From an uncultured delta proteobacterium (lineage in GTDB: Bacteria > Desulfobacterota > Desulfobacteria > Desulfobacterales > QNYZ01), in the NCBI GenBank assembly GCA_963845145.1, contig CAWJQU010000017.1, positions 128,001 through 192,000 of the forward strand: 64,000 bases of DNA, read 5' to 3'. Each line of letters opens with the position of its first letter. Position 1 is the stretch's first letter. Position numbers and translations under genes: made by a program. Of the stretch, positions 27,178-38,675 are shown one piece after another. Under the pieces are notes generated by a model. It did no database searches. It saw only the letters and a program-made list of their open reading frames with translations, and was not told where the DNA came from.

Positions 27178-30089
27178 ATGCCAACCAAAAAAAGCAACCG
27201 TCGCAGACCGACAAACAGACGTTCCCAGGAGCTGGACGTCATTCTCGTTAAGGGTGCGCGCGAACACAACCTGAAAAATATCGATATTGAACTGCCCAAA
27301 AAAAAGCTGATCGTTTTTACCGGTGTCTCCGGGTCTGGAAAATCAAGCCTGGCCTTCGACACGATTTTTGCCGAAGGACAGCGACGGTATGTGGAGTCCT
27401 TGTCTTCTTATGCCCGGCAATTTATCGGCCAGATGGAAAAGCCCCGCTACGATACGATTCGGGGGTTGTGCCCGGCTATCGCCATCGACCAAAAAGCGGC
27501 CAGTGTCAACCCCCGGTCCACAGTAGGAACCATTACCGAGATTTACGACTACCTAAGGGTATTGTTTGCCAGGATTGGTGAGCAGTACTGTTTTAAATGC
27601 GGGAAAATGGTAGGGCAGGGGAATGCCGAGAGCATGGTTGCCCAGGTTTTGGGGATTCCGCCGGGCACTAAAATCATGCTCCTCGCACCCCTGGTGGAAA
27701 ACCGAAAGGGTGAGCACCGAGCCCTTTTGGAAAAACACCAAAAGGAAGGATTCGCTCGGGTGCGTGTGGATGGCCAGGTGCAGGATATCGATGATGTTCA
27801 AAAACTACCCAAACACAAAAAACACACCATCGAAGTTGTGGTCGACCGTCTGGCGATTAAAAAAGGGGCGGCCTTTCGAAAGCGACTGACCGATTCTGTG
27901 GAGATGGCCCTGAAGTTGGGGCAGGGCGCCTTGATTGTGCATGTACTGGGTCGCGAAGACTTGAAAATGAGCGAGGCGAGATCGTGTTGCGGCATTGCTT
28001 ACCCGGAACTCGCCCCACCGCTATTTTCATTCAATTCCCCCTTGGGCATGTGCCCGTCCTGTAACGGGATCGGCGTCGCGTATGGCCATTGATGAAAAAA
28101 AACTCGTTCCCGACGCGACGTTGACCATCCGTGAGGGAGCCGTGGTTCCATGGCGCAACTACTTTCTCTATCCTGATCGAGAGAACGGGTCCTGGGGGGG
28201 GCGTCAGTTGGCAGCAATGGCATCCCAGTGGGGCGTTGACTTTGACATTCCCTGGAAGAAGTTACCCATAAAGCAGAAGAACCTTATCCTAAAAGGTTCG
28301 GCTGGAAAAGAAATGACGGTGAATTGGCAGTCGGAAAAAATCCAGGGAAAGTTCAAGACCGCCTGGGAAGGGTTGATGAATATTATGATGCGGCGTTATC
28401 ACCAAACCCGTTCCGAAAGCCAGAAGAAGTACTATTCGGGATTTATGTCCTCGCGAACCTGTGCGGTTTGTAAAGGAAAACGCCTCAAGCCCGAGGTGTT
28501 AAATGTTCTGGTGGCGAAACGATCCATTGTCGATATTACCGGAATGAGTATTGCCGAGGCCTATCAATTTCTTACCTCACTGGAACTTCGCGGCAACCGG
28601 AAGCGGATTGCCGAAGAATTAATTAAAGAGATCGGCAATCGTCTCGGTTTTCTCGTCAATGTCGGTCTGAATTACCTCTCTCTGGACCGCAAAGGCCCGA
28701 CACTGTCCGGTGGAGAATCCCAGCGGATTCGGCTGGCCTCTCAGGTGGGGGCTGAGCTGACCGGTGTATTGTACATTCTTGATGAACCGTCCATTGGACT
28801 TCATCAGCGGGACAACCTTCGACTTCTCGAAACCCTTTGTCATCTGCGGGATATCGGCAATACACTGATCGTTATCGAGCATGACCGGGAGACCATGGAG
28901 GCATCTGACTGGATTGTCGATATCGGGCCGGGGGCTGGGCTTTTGGGTGGGCAGATTGTGGCCTGCGGTACACCTGGACAGATCAAGAGAAACCGATCGT
29001 CGTTAACAGGGCGCTTTTTAACGGGAAAGGAAAAAATCGAAACGCCGAATGAGCGTGTCACGCCACGCAAGGCAGGAAATCGATGGGTTACCGTCAAGAA
29101 AGCCTCGGAAAACAACCTCAAAAGCGTTGTGGTGAAAATCCCGCTGGGGTTGATGGTGGCCGTTACCGGCGTATCGGGCGCAGGCAAGTCGACCCTGGTT
29201 AATCAGATTCTGTATCCGGCCTTGGCGCGTCGTCTTCATGGCGTCTCTCTGGCGGAGGGTAAGACATGGCGGAATTACCGGTCTTTCGGCGCTGGATAAA
29301 GTCATCAATATCGACCAGAGACCTATTGGCCGAACACCGCGCAGCAACCCGGCCACCTATACCAAAGTGTTCGACCCCATTCGCGAGCTATTCAGCCTTC
29401 TACCCGAAGCCAGAGCCCGTGGGTATAAGAAGGGGCGGTTTTCATTTAATGTGAAAGGGGGGCGTTGCGAGGCCTGCCGGGGGGACGGGACCATTAAGGT
29501 CGAGATGCACTTTTTAGCCGATGTCTATGTGCCTTGTGAAATATGTCGGGGGAATCGGTTCAATGAAGCCACCCTTCAGATTCACTATAAAGAGCACACC
29601 ATTGCCGACATTCTCAACCTTTCCGTGCGACAGGCCCGGGAGCTGTTTGCCAATCATCCCCGAATTCGTTCGATTCTCGATACGCTTATGGATGTGGGCC
29701 TGGGCTATATCAAGTTAGGGCAGCCGGCCACGACGCTCTCCGGCGGTGAAGCCCAGCGTATCAAGCTGTCCAGGGAGTTGTCCAAAAGAGATACCGGCAA
29801 TACATTGTATATCCTCGATGAACCTACCACGGGGCTCCATTTTCAGGATATCAGGATGTTGCTGACCGTATTGCGCCGGCTGGTGGAAAATGGAAATACG
29901 GTGGTCGTGATTGAACATAACCTGGATGTGATTAAAACCGCCGATTGGATTATCGACTTGGGACCTGAAGGTGGCGACAAAGGGGGACGGGTTGTGGCAC
30001 AAGGCGCGCCTGAAACCATTATTGGGGAAAAAGAGAGTTATACCGGGCGCTATTTAGCCGTTGCTTTGGGGAATGATTCCCGAAAATGA
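27178..30089 (+). CDS. uvrA: Excinuclease ABC subunit A, split by two +1 frameshifts as sequenced
   Basis: [22 protein letters not shown] x2, [11 protein letters not shown], zinc fingers, across three consecutive ORFs; shifts near 28075 and 29261. Confidence 0.93.
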
Positions 30090-31333
30090 GAATTTTTCCC
30101 AAGAAACCTGAATCGCTGATTGCCCCTGTCAAAAGTAAATCGATTGGGGCCCAGATTTTTGCCGCCACCCTGGCCCGGTTTACTTTAAACACCGCCCGGC
30201 GATTTGTCTATCCGTTTGCGCCTGCTTTAAGCCGCGGTTTGGGCGTGCCCATGACGGCCATTACCTCCTTAATCGCCATAAACCAAGTAACGGCCTTAAT
30301 CGGGGTTCTTTTTGGTCCGCTGACCGATCGGTGGGGCTATCGGCGGATGATGGCGGCTGGTATGGGGCTGATGATTCTGGGCATGTGGACCGGCGCGCTT
30401 CTGGCCACTTATCTATCGGTTTTTTTAGCGATGTTAATGGCGGGTTTGGGGAAATCCGTTTTTGATCCGGCCATTCAAGCCTATGTGGGGAATAAGGTCT
30501 CGTATCATCAACGTGCTCGTGCAGTGGGCTTTGTGGAGATGAGCTGGGCGGCCAGTTCCTTGATTGGGATACCCGTCATGGGGCTTATGATGGAATGGAG
30601 TGGCTGGCAAACCGCCTTCTGGGTGCTCGGTGGCATCGGTGCTGTTTGTCTTTTCAGCATGGTTCGGATTATCCCTGCTGATTCTATTCCTGTAACCCGT
30701 TTTAGGGATGACAATGATGCCGGTGCGGGTTTCATGATGGAAACCTTCCAAAGCTGGCGCCTTCTCATTAAAAACCGACCCGCCCTGGGGGCTATTGGGT
30801 TTGGATTTTTTTTTAGTGTGGCCAATGACAACCTGTTTGTCGTATTTGGGGCGTGGATGGAATCCGCTTTTGGTTTGGGACTGTCCAGCCTCGGTTTTGC
30901 AACGGCCGTTATCGGTGCGGCTGAACTACTGGGCGAGGGACTAACCGTCCTGATATCGGACCGAATCGGACTCAAACGGGCGGCCATTGCCGGCGCGGTG
31001 CTGACCACCGCCGCTTATTTGGTGATTATCCTGATGGGACAAACCTTGACCCTGGCGTTAGTCGCTCTGTTTGTCGTTTTTTTAACCTTCGAATTTACTA
31101 TTGTAACCTGCATGTCGCTAATTACAGAACTTCACCCATCCGCCAGGGCAACGATGATGGCCGGGTATTACGCTATGGGCGCATTGGGTCGCGTGGTGGG
31201 CGCATTAACCGGGGGAATACTCTGGACATTTTTTAGCTGGAACACGGTCTGCCTGGTTTCTGCTTCTGTAAATATTCTGGGCGTATTGTCTCTTATCTGG
31301 GGCATTGGCAGGTGGAAAAAGAGTAACAAATGA
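30086..31333 (+). CDS. MFS transporter
   Basis: About 12 hydrophobic segments, G.L.DRWG.RR and SDRIG.KR motifs. Confidence 0.9.
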   Translation: MRIFPKKPESLIAPVKSKSIGAQIFAATLARFTLNTARRFVYPFAPALSRGLGVPMTAITSLIAINQVTALIGVLFGPLTDRWGYRRMMAAGMGLMILGMWTGALLATYLSVFLAMLMAGLGKSVFDPAIQAYVGNKVSYHQRARAVGFVEMSWAASSLIGIPVMGLMMEWSGWQTAFWVLGGIGAVCLFSMVRIIPADSIPVTRFRDDNDAGAGFMMETFQSWRLLIKNRPALGAIGFGFFFSVANDNLFVVFGAWMESAFGLGLSSLGFATAVIGAAELLGEGLTVLISDRIGLKRAAIAGAVLTTAAYLVIILMGQTLTLALVALFVVFLTFEFTIVTCMSLITELHPSARATMMAGYYAMGALGRVVGALTGGILWTFFSWNTVCLVSASVNILGVLSLIWGIGRWKKSNK

Positions 31334-31489
31334 ATCGTGTTGGCTTGAAGATGGACTTTTTACGATTTGATCAGCTGTTCATTTGTCATGTTTGTATGTT
31401 AGCATTTAGTTTGATATGAAAACAATCGTTATTGAAAACATTGAGCGCCAAAACAAGCAATCTAAAATAGTAGCAGTAACGGGGGAACC

Positions 31490-32656
31490 ATGCGCTGTCC
31501 CAAATGCAGCCACGAGCAGGATGCCCAGATTGAGTGTGAAGCCTGCGGCCTGATCTTTGCCAAGTATGATCAAATTCAGAAACGGCAGAACAGACCCCCG
31601 GAGAAAAGATCCCCAGAGAACAGACCCCTGGGGGCTGGAATAAACGATGATTCCGAGAAATCCCGAAGTATGTTCGGGATTTCTCAAGTAATCTTAATTA
31701 TTATCGCTACAGTTGCCATCTCTTACTATTTCTTTGGGCCAAAAGAGGAAGTGTCATTACCAGCGTCATCGGATATTTTTAGCGGGGGCAGTAAAAATAA
31801 TGTGACCGCCATGGGTAAATCCGACACCCGACGAAGTGGGCAAGCCGGCGAAGAATCCATTACGGCGTCATCCGTAGAGCAAACCCCCATCGAACAGGCA
31901 CGAAACGCCACAGTCTCGATCGATACGACCTGGGGTACTGGTGCCGGATTTTTTATCAGCGAGCAGTATATCGTTACAAACAGGCATGTGGTTGAGTTTG
32001 ATCCCAAAATATTGACGGATATTCGAAATAGAATTGAAACGGGTAGAAAACTGATTGACCTGGAAAAAAAGAAGATATCAAATATCCGGACAAGAATGGC
32101 ATCTATACCTGATGGTCCTGAGCGGAAGCAATTGGCGCTAATCGCTCAAACCATGCAGGAAAATCTTGATAAAGTCGTTCCCCGCCTGGAAGCGGAAGAG
32201 AAAAAGCTTTCCGAAATTGAAGGTGGCGCACACCCGTCGGATATCAAAATCATTATGTCCGACGGCAGTGAGCATCGTGCCAATCACCTTTTTATGAGTG
32301 ATAATTATGACCTTGCATTGATATCGCTTTATATCGAAGCGGCAGAATACCTTAGAAAACCGGCGACATCCGACATCTTGCATCCGGGCGATAAAGTTTA
32401 TGCCATTGGCAGCCCCGTCGGGCTTAGGCATACCGTGACGGCCGGTATTTTTTCGGGATATCGCGATCAAGACACCACAAATCAGCGCTATTTACAGACG
32501 GATGCCGCCATCAATCCGGGTAACAGCGGCGGCCCCCTTATTGATGAACATGGGGTTGTCTATGGTGTGAACACGATGATTTTACAAAATACCGAAGGAA
32601 TCGGCTTTGCCATTCCCATTGCAGCCGTTTTTGAGGAATTTGACTCGGAGCTCTAA
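31490..32656 (+). CDS. Membrane-anchored trypsin-like (S1C) serine protease with N-terminal zinc ribbon
   Basis: CPKC...CEAC, TM segment, TNRHVV, DLA, INPGNSGGP. Confidence 0.88.
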   Translation: MRCPKCSHEQDAQIECEACGLIFAKYDQIQKRQNRPPEKRSPENRPLGAGINDDSEKSRSMFGISQVILIIIATVAISYYFFGPKEEVSLPASSDIFSGGSKNNVTAMGKSDTRRSGQAGEESITASSVEQTPIEQARNATVSIDTTWGTGAGFFISEQYIVTNRHVVEFDPKILTDIRNRIETGRKLIDLEKKKISNIRTRMASIPDGPERKQLALIAQTMQENLDKVVPRLEAEEKKLSEIEGGAHPSDIKIIMSDGSEHRANHLFMSDNYDLALISLYIEAAEYLRKPATSDILHPGDKVYAIGSPVGLRHTVTAGIFSGYRDQDTTNQRYLQTDAAINPGNSGGPLIDEHGVVYGVNTMILQNTEGIGFAIPIAAVFEEFDSEL

Positions 32657-32674
32657 ATTTATTTCCAACACCCC

Positions 32675-32878
32675 TCACCGCATTTGCGCTGGAAGCCACA
32701 GCGCAATCTGGGGTATTAAAAAAACCAGCACAACACCCGTCATTAATATTAGAACAAAGGGCATTACACTTCTGATTATTAGTGACAAAGGTTCATCTAC
32801 GATAAAGTTAGTCAGCTGTGATGGTACCTGGAGCAGGGTGATGACATTGGACATTATCAAGGCACCAATCATGATCAT
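32675..32878 (-). pseudogene. Remnant of a TRAP large permease (DctM-like)
   Basis: C-terminus PF......P.IALWLP resembles DctM; only 67 aa remain. Confidence 0.55.
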
Positions 32879-32910
32879 TAGTATTAGATTTTGCCAGGAT
32901 GGTAACCGTC

Positions 32911-33555
32911 TTACTTTCGTGTGTGAATGATAAGCAGCCGGCCGGATCGAATCACTACTATGGGCTTTGGCAGGGTAAAAAGGTTGCTGACACCTTGGGT
33001 GGTGCCCACTACCAAGGTTGCATCATTAAGGGGAAAGCGCAGGCCTTTAATGGTAACACCTTTTGTGGTGGTCAGGGGAATTAATGAAAGTCCATCACCT
33101 ACTTTCCCATCAATGGCCACAGCGCGTCCTTCTTGCAGGAGCAAGAGCGTATCACGGCCATCCAAAAGCCGTACCGTGGTATTCAATAGAAATCGGGCGG
33201 CAAGCAACATGACATTGGCCAGGGTCATGTCCCATCTTTGACCCAGCGCGCCTAAGACAATGATTTCATTGATCCCGCGTTGGTGAGCGAGGCGGAGTGC
33301 CAGTTCCAGATCCGTCTCGTCTTTATTAACCGGATGACGCAATATTTCCACTTTTTCAGTCTCTAATCGGGCCAAAAGTTCGGGACTGATTGAATCAAGA
33401 TCCCCGATAACCGTATGAGGTCGAATCCCCCATTTTTGGCAAAGATGTGCCCCCCCATCGGCAGCGATGACCAGGTCGTTATTGGCGTCAAGGTTTAATT
33501 GGTTTGGCCATGACGCCATTTCTCCGTTGGCAAATATGATGGCTCGCGGTGTCAT
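32911..33555 (-). CDS. thiN: Thiamine pyrophosphokinase
   Basis: IAADGGA, GDLDS, KDETDLELAL, GALG.R.D, GVSN. Confidence 0.93.
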   Translation of the reverse strand: MTPRAIIFANGEMASWPNQLNLDANNDLVIAADGGAHLCQKWGIRPHTVIGDLDSISPELLARLETEKVEILRHPVNKDETDLELALRLAHQRGINEIIVLGALGQRWDMTLANVMLLAARFLLNTTVRLLDGRDTLLLLQEGRAVAIDGKVGDGLSLIPLTTTKGVTIKGLRFPLNDATLVVGTTQGVSNLFTLPKPIVVIRSGRLLIIHTRK

Positions 33556-34620
33556 TTAAAGGACCTCTTGGATGACGGATAGGCTGGTTGGGGATATGGT
33601 TAATGCAATGCGGGCACCGACTTGGGGCGGTGCGGGTTCATTGGGCAATTCAAAGGAAAAGACGGTGCGATCAGCCGTCTCTAAGGTAACGCGATATGTC
33701 TGGCCGGTAAAAAAACGTTCCGTGACCTGACCGGTAAGAGATGGCGGAGGTTTTTTGGAGGGGGTGTCCGGGATTAATCGGGCGGCCTCGGGTCGTAGAA
33801 TGAGGGTAACTCGGTCACCATTCCGAAACTTGGTGCCAGCTGGGAGTGCAAAAACGCCATGGGGTGTGGTGATTTTGCGGTTTGTGCTGACTGTCCCGGC
33901 TATTAAGTTGTGAAAACCTAAAAAACGGGCGGTAAAGCGGGTTTGGGGGCGTCGATAAAGATCTTCAGGAGGTGCTACCTGCTCCAATCGTCCGGCATTC
34001 ATCACCGCAATTTGGTCGGCCACGGCCAGGGCTTCAGATTGGTCATGGGTAACGAAGATAGTGGTCATGCCCATCTTTTTTAAAATATGCCTTATTTCCA
34101 ATAAAAGCCTTTCCCGCAAGGCACGATCAAGGGAACCAAGCGGTTCATCCAGCATCAACAGGCGTGGGTGGGGGGCCAGGCTGCGGGCTAAAGCCACTCT
34201 CTGGCGTTCTCCACCGGACAGATCGGCCACATTGCGGTTGGCCATGGCGGTCATTCCGACCAGCTCCAGCATGGCCGTGGCGCGTTCTCGAACTTTAGCG
34301 GATGGCTGTCTTGTCATTGAAAGCCCAAAAGCCACATTGTCCAATACACTCTTATGGGGGAAGAGCGCATACTCCTGAAACATGAGCCCGAATCGTCGCT
34401 GATGAACCGCTATGGTGGTAAAATCCTGGTCTTTGAAAATGACCTGGCCGGTATCGGGGATTTCCAAACCGGCGATCATACGAAGTAAAGTGGTTTTACC
34501 GCATCCGGAGGGACCCAGCAAACAAAGAATCTCCCCCTCTTCTAAATTGAGGTTGACATCTAGCACCACAGGCTGATTGGCGTACACCTTAGATAGGTTT
34601 TTTAACACGAGTAGGGACAT
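33556..34620 (-). CDS. ABC ATP-binding subunit of thiamine transporter
   Basis: GPSGCGKT, LSGGERQR, LDEP, VTHD; operon context. Confidence 0.88.
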   Translation of the reverse strand: MSLLVLKNLSKVYANQPVVLDVNLNLEEGEILCLLGPSGCGKTTLLRMIAGLEIPDTGQVIFKDQDFTTIAVHQRRFGLMFQEYALFPHKSVLDNVAFGLSMTRQPSAKVRERATAMLELVGMTAMANRNVADLSGGERQRVALARSLAPHPRLLMLDEPLGSLDRALRERLLLEIRHILKKMGMTTIFVTHDQSEALAVADQIAVMNAGRLEQVAPPEDLYRRPQTRFTARFLGFHNLIAGTVSTNRKITTPHGVFALPAGTKFRNGDRVTLILRPEAARLIPDTPSKKPPPSLTGQVTERFFTGQTYRVTLETADRTVFSFELPNEPAPPQVGARIALTISPTSLSVIQEVL

Positions 34621-34624
34621 TTGA

Positions 34625-36298
34625 TCAGCCTTCTAAAAGGGGTTTGCTTCTATCAAGAATCCATAAACCGGCAACTGTGGTTATCACGAGAACGCAGCTC
34701 ATAGCCATGGCCTGACCGTAATTTAAAGCCCCAGGTTGGCCCAAAAAGCGGTAAATAGCCAAAGGTATCGTAGGGGTTTGGGGGCGTGCAACAAATACGG
34801 TTGCCCCAAACTCCCCCATACTGATGGCAAAGGCAAACACCGCTGCGACCATGAGGGCCCGACTCAATATAGGCCAATCCACATGCTGCCATACTTTTAA
34901 AGGCGTCGCCCCAAGGACTGCGGCCGCTTCCTTCAGGCTATTGGGGATACTGCGCCAGGCCGGCAGCAGGCTGCGGATGACAAAAGGAAATGCGACCAGA
35001 GCATGGGCAATGGCCGGTAAAATAATGGATGTTCGCAAATTTAAGGGCGGTTCGTCCAACGCAATGATAAACCCGAAGCCTAAAGTTACCGCGGAAGTTG
35101 AAAGAGGAAGCATGAATAAGGGGTCGAGCCAGGTGCTTTTATTTGATTTGGGACGCACCAGGAAAGCGGCCGCCGAAGTGCCGGTGACCAACGCAATCAG
35201 GGTTGCAAAAAAGGCGTATCCCAATGAGTAGGCAATGGCCTTGGCGGGCGTCACATATAAAATGGAATTGATCGGATCTTTCAGTAGAGCCAGGTAGTAG
35301 GTGAAGCCTAGTCCTGTTTCGGTAAGTATGGAGCTGATGAAAAGGCCGATGATCGGTGCGCCCAATAGTGTGATTAAAATGAAAATGCAGATGAACGTCA
35401 TCAATTTCGACAACAGGGTTCGGGGGAGACGGTTCGTATTACGAGCGGTTTCCGGCATCAATGAAACGGCGGTGCGGCTTTCGAGTCGGGTGTACAATGT
35501 CATTAATCCAAATGTAAAGATAATTTGAATCAGGGACAAGGCCGCAGCCATTGGCAGGTTGAACAGGTGGACCGCTTGCCGGTAAATTTCGACCTCCACC
35601 GTGGCCAGGCGGGGTCCGCCAAGAATCAGTATCACCCCAAAGCTGGTAAAACAGAAAATAAACACAAGCAAAGAAGCGGCTAAAATGGCCGGACCCAACA
35701 GTGGCAGGGTGACTTTCAAAAACACCTGCCTTCGGGAAGCACCCAACATTTGGGCGGCTTCACCGATATTGGCCGGCAGACCCGACCAAAATCCACCGAC
35801 AATGCGCATGATAACGGTATAGTTGTAAAAGATGTGCGCCAGAAGAAAGAAAGCCATGGTTTGCTCGATTTGGATGACAGGCGCCTGGCCGATCGACAGG
35901 GCCGCCAATGCCCGATTGATCAGTCCACCATTGCCCAAAAGGGCGTGAAAGGCGGCGGCCGTGACAACCGTGGGTAAAACGAAAGGGACGGTGGTCAATG
36001 CCTGGATGAGCGCTTTTCCCTTGAAATCGTACCGGCCGAAAATATAGGCCGAGGGCAGCGCCAATACCAGGGTCAGCAACGTGGACAGGGCCGCTTGCCA
36101 AGTAGTAAACCACAGAACCCTTAGGTAGTAAGCGTTGCTCACGAGCTGTTTTAGCTGATGCAGGTCGAAATGGTTTTCCGGTGCAAAGCTCAGTCCAAAG
36201 ATGCTGACCCAAAAGATGCTGACCAGGGGGTAGAAGTAGAATATTCCGAGGAATAGAAGCGGTGGACAGATCAGGATATATCTTAGCTTGGTCCTCAC
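34625..36298 (-). CDS. thiP: Thiamine ABC permease
   Basis: Two EAA..LGA motifs; GTG start overlapping thiB stop. Confidence 0.85.
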   Translation of the reverse strand: MRTKLRYILICPPLLFLGIFYFYPLVSIFWVSIFGLSFAPENHFDLHQLKQLVSNAYYLRVLWFTTWQAALSTLLTLVLALPSAYIFGRYDFKGKALIQALTTVPFVLPTVVTAAAFHALLGNGGLINRALAALSIGQAPVIQIEQTMAFFLLAHIFYNYTVIMRIVGGFWSGLPANIGEAAQMLGASRRQVFLKVTLPLLGPAILAASLLVFIFCFTSFGVILILGGPRLATVEVEIYRQAVHLFNLPMAAALSLIQIIFTFGLMTLYTRLESRTAVSLMPETARNTNRLPRTLLSKLMTFICIFILITLLGAPIIGLFISSILTETGLGFTYYLALLKDPINSILYVTPAKAIAYSLGYAFFATLIALVTGTSAAAFLVRPKSNKSTWLDPLFMLPLSTSAVTLGFGFIIALDEPPLNLRTSIILPAIAHALVAFPFVIRSLLPAWRSIPNSLKEAAAVLGATPLKVWQHVDWPILSRALMVAAVFAFAISMGEFGATVFVARPQTPTIPLAIYRFLGQPGALNYGQAMAMSCVLVITTVAGLWILDRSKPLLEG

Positions 36299-37338
36299 CT
36301 CAGCACGATATCCGTCCAGGTGTCGATCCATTTATTTCGTCCGGCTTCAATGGTTTCCGGGGATAGCATCACCGGTTGTTCTGCTTTTCGAGAGTATTTC
36401 GTGAAAACGTCCGGAAGGTGGATGTCTCCCACTGCTGGAAATACCCACATATGCAAGGGGATGTCCTGCTGGAAGGTGGCGCTCAGCATGAAGTCCACCA
36501 GTTTGCGGGCCAGTTGCGGCTGTTTGCTCCCCTTTAGGATGCCCACGAATTCGATCTGGCGAAAAGCGGACCCCGGGGTCAAAACAGCGGCCGTGGGTGA
36601 TTCGGTTAGCGGGCTTTCGCTGTAGTGAACCTCGGCGGCAGGGCTGGAAGCATAACTGACCACAATGGGCCGCGTGCCACCCTTGGCCCGGGTAAACTTT
36701 CCGTAATATGCATCGGACCAACCGTTGCTGACATACACATCGTTGGCTCGCATACCTTTCCAGAACGCGTGGTAACCGGGGTCTCCAAAAATACCCACGG
36801 TGGTCATCAGAAAGGCGAGTCCCGGAGACGAAGTGGCCGGATTTTGTACGATCGTGAGACTTTTGTAGGCTGGTTGAATGAGATCGTTCAGGGTTTTGGG
36901 CGGTGCGATATTATGCTCCGTGAACCAGGCGATATCATAGTTCAGACAGACATCCCCAAAATCCACAGGTAGTAAACGGTTGGTTGGGTCGAGCTTCAAA
37001 CGGTCCGGTATGGCGCCCAGGCCCGAGGCATTATAGGGCTCGAAAATGTCCGCTTTCAGGGCACGGCTCATAAAGCTCGTATCCACGCCGTAAAAGAGGT
37101 CCGCCAGGGGATTATTTTTCGACAAAATGGCTTGATTCAAAGCCGCCCCGGCATCACCGCTTTTCAATATTTTGAGGGTAATGCCGTATTTTTTTTCAAA
37201 TGCCTGGATGGTGGTTTTGCTGACGGCGAAGCTGTCATGGGTCATCAAGGTGAGTGTTACCGATTGGGTTTTACCAAACCCCGCTGATGCCCAACCGATG
37301 ATTAACGATAATGTTAAAAGACATACCAATTTTTGCAT
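36295..37338 (-). CDS. thiB: Thiamine ABC substrate-binding protein
   Basis: Signal peptide, THDSF, TSSPGLAF, SYASSP, FRQIEF; TPP riboswitch upstream. Confidence 0.9.
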   Translation of the reverse strand: MQKLVCLLTLSLIIGWASAGFGKTQSVTLTLMTHDSFAVSKTTIQAFEKKYGITLKILKSGDAGAALNQAILSKNNPLADLFYGVDTSFMSRALKADIFEPYNASGLGAIPDRLKLDPTNRLLPVDFGDVCLNYDIAWFTEHNIAPPKTLNDLIQPAYKSLTIVQNPATSSPGLAFLMTTVGIFGDPGYHAFWKGMRANDVYVSNGWSDAYYGKFTRAKGGTRPIVVSYASSPAAEVHYSESPLTESPTAAVLTPGSAFRQIEFVGILKGSKQPQLARKLVDFMLSATFQQDIPLHMWVFPAVGDIHLPDVFTKYSRKAEQPVMLSPETIEAGRNKWIDTWTDIVLR

Positions 37339-37398
37339 ATCAATCTCCTGTGAAGGTGTCGGACCTAATCTGGAAGATAGAAATATGCGGGCGAGGGT

Positions 37399-37422
37399 AA
37401 AAAAAAACCCTCCAGCGGAGGG
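37399..37422 (-). terminator. Expression-platform terminator of the TPP riboswitch
   Basis: CCCTCC-gct-GGAGGG followed by T9 on the minus strand. Confidence 0.75.
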
Positions 37423-37434
37423 CGTTTTTAAACG

Positions 37435-37540
37435 TTCCCTTTCCTCCACCGGCATTATCCGGATCAGGTTCGACGGTCGGACCCACTTTATTCTTTCAGG
37501 GCCCCTCTCAGCCCGGTTGCCCCGAGCTCCCGATGGGTAA
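37435..37540 (-). ncRNA. TPP riboswitch
   Basis: Minus strand GCTGAGAG ... GACCGTCGAACCTGATCCGGATAATGCCGGTGGAGG upstream of thiB. Confidence 0.93.
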
Positions 37541-37724
37541 AGTAAAATAAAACTTAAGCATTCATAAAAGCGAACTTCGAAGGTTTTGTCAAGGATTAAC
37601 AGGTGGGTTGGTAACTTCATCAATAGCCTGGATACTGTAATCAGTCTTAAACTGTATCGTATTTGCATGGTAAAATGTTTGATTAAAAACCTAGGGTGAG
37701 ATAAATTGAAAGGAGAAAAAAATC

Positions 37725-38660
37725 ATGAAAGGAACGGTGAAAAAACAAATGGTATATGAAAACACCCATCTTTTTGCCGCCAACAGGACTGCAAGGGAAG
37801 TTGGTGACGCGGATTTAAAGGACATCCTGGACGCCAATGTGGACTATTACCATCTCGGCGCTGTTTTTCCCGATACGCTCTCTTATGCATCCGAAGAGTC
37901 GATAAAAAAAGTCGCCTCATACCTGCATGGAGAGAGCGGGACGCCTCCACGAAGGGTTGTTTTCCAGGTGCTCGAACAGCTAAGGCAAAAAGCCGATGAG
38001 AAAAACCTTGCGTTTATTTGCGGTTTCCTTACCCATTGTGCCATGGATATCGTTTTTCATCCGGTTGTATTTTATTTCTCAGGATACCATCCTCAAAATA
38101 GTCCCGCTGAAAAAGAAGAAACCATGTATCTGCACTGGCATTTTGAAACCGAGATCGATAAAAAATTTAACGATAAATTCTATTTGGATCACCTTGTAAA
38201 ACCTAACATATTGAAAGACCTAACTATCCCGGCGTTTCTAAATCTTCCATCCACAACCATTCGTAGCGCCCTCAACAAACAGATCAGTTACTTCGGTCGA
38301 ACACGCAACCGTTTTTTTTACACCATTTTCAGGCTATTGGCTAAACTTGGGATCGTAAAAAGGAAATTTATCGCCGGCTTTTACGCCAACTTAAAGCGGG
38401 ATGAGCGACGCTTGCCGGAAATAATTCAATATCGTGATATCATTTCCGGGGAGATGAAAGAAACATCACTGGACACATTGATGGAAGAGGGGGTTCAACT
38501 GGGCGTAAAAATGATTGAGGCCGCTCACAATTACTGTTGCGGGAATATCAACCGACAGGCCTGTGAAGAGATCATTGTGGGGTCTAATCTGGATACCGGT
38601 CAAGAAGGTAAAACCACGGCAGACATCAAGTATTCAATTCGTCATCAGGGTAGTGTTTAA
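37725..38660 (+). CDS. Zinc-dependent phospholipase C family protein
   Basis: N-terminal His, LGA.FPD, H, GFLTH..MD..FHP, H..FE. Confidence 0.75.
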   Translation: MKGTVKKQMVYENTHLFAANRTAREVGDADLKDILDANVDYYHLGAVFPDTLSYASEESIKKVASYLHGESGTPPRRVVFQVLEQLRQKADEKNLAFICGFLTHCAMDIVFHPVVFYFSGYHPQNSPAEKEETMYLHWHFETEIDKKFNDKFYLDHLVKPNILKDLTIPAFLNLPSTTIRSALNKQISYFGRTRNRFFYTIFRLLAKLGIVKRKFIAGFYANLKRDERRLPEIIQYRDIISGEMKETSLDTLMEEGVQLGVKMIEAAHNYCCGNINRQACEEIIVGSNLDTGQEGKTTADIKYSIRHQGSV

Positions 38661-38675
38661 AAGCCTTTGAATCCC

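Noticed and set aside
28072..29262. Programmed frameshifting in uvrA
   Set aside because: No slippery heptamer or stimulatory structure at either shift.
37339..37668. Long N-terminal extension of ThiB in the ORF track
   Set aside because: The region is the promoter and TPP riboswitch; the RBS and signal peptide indicate a start at 37338.
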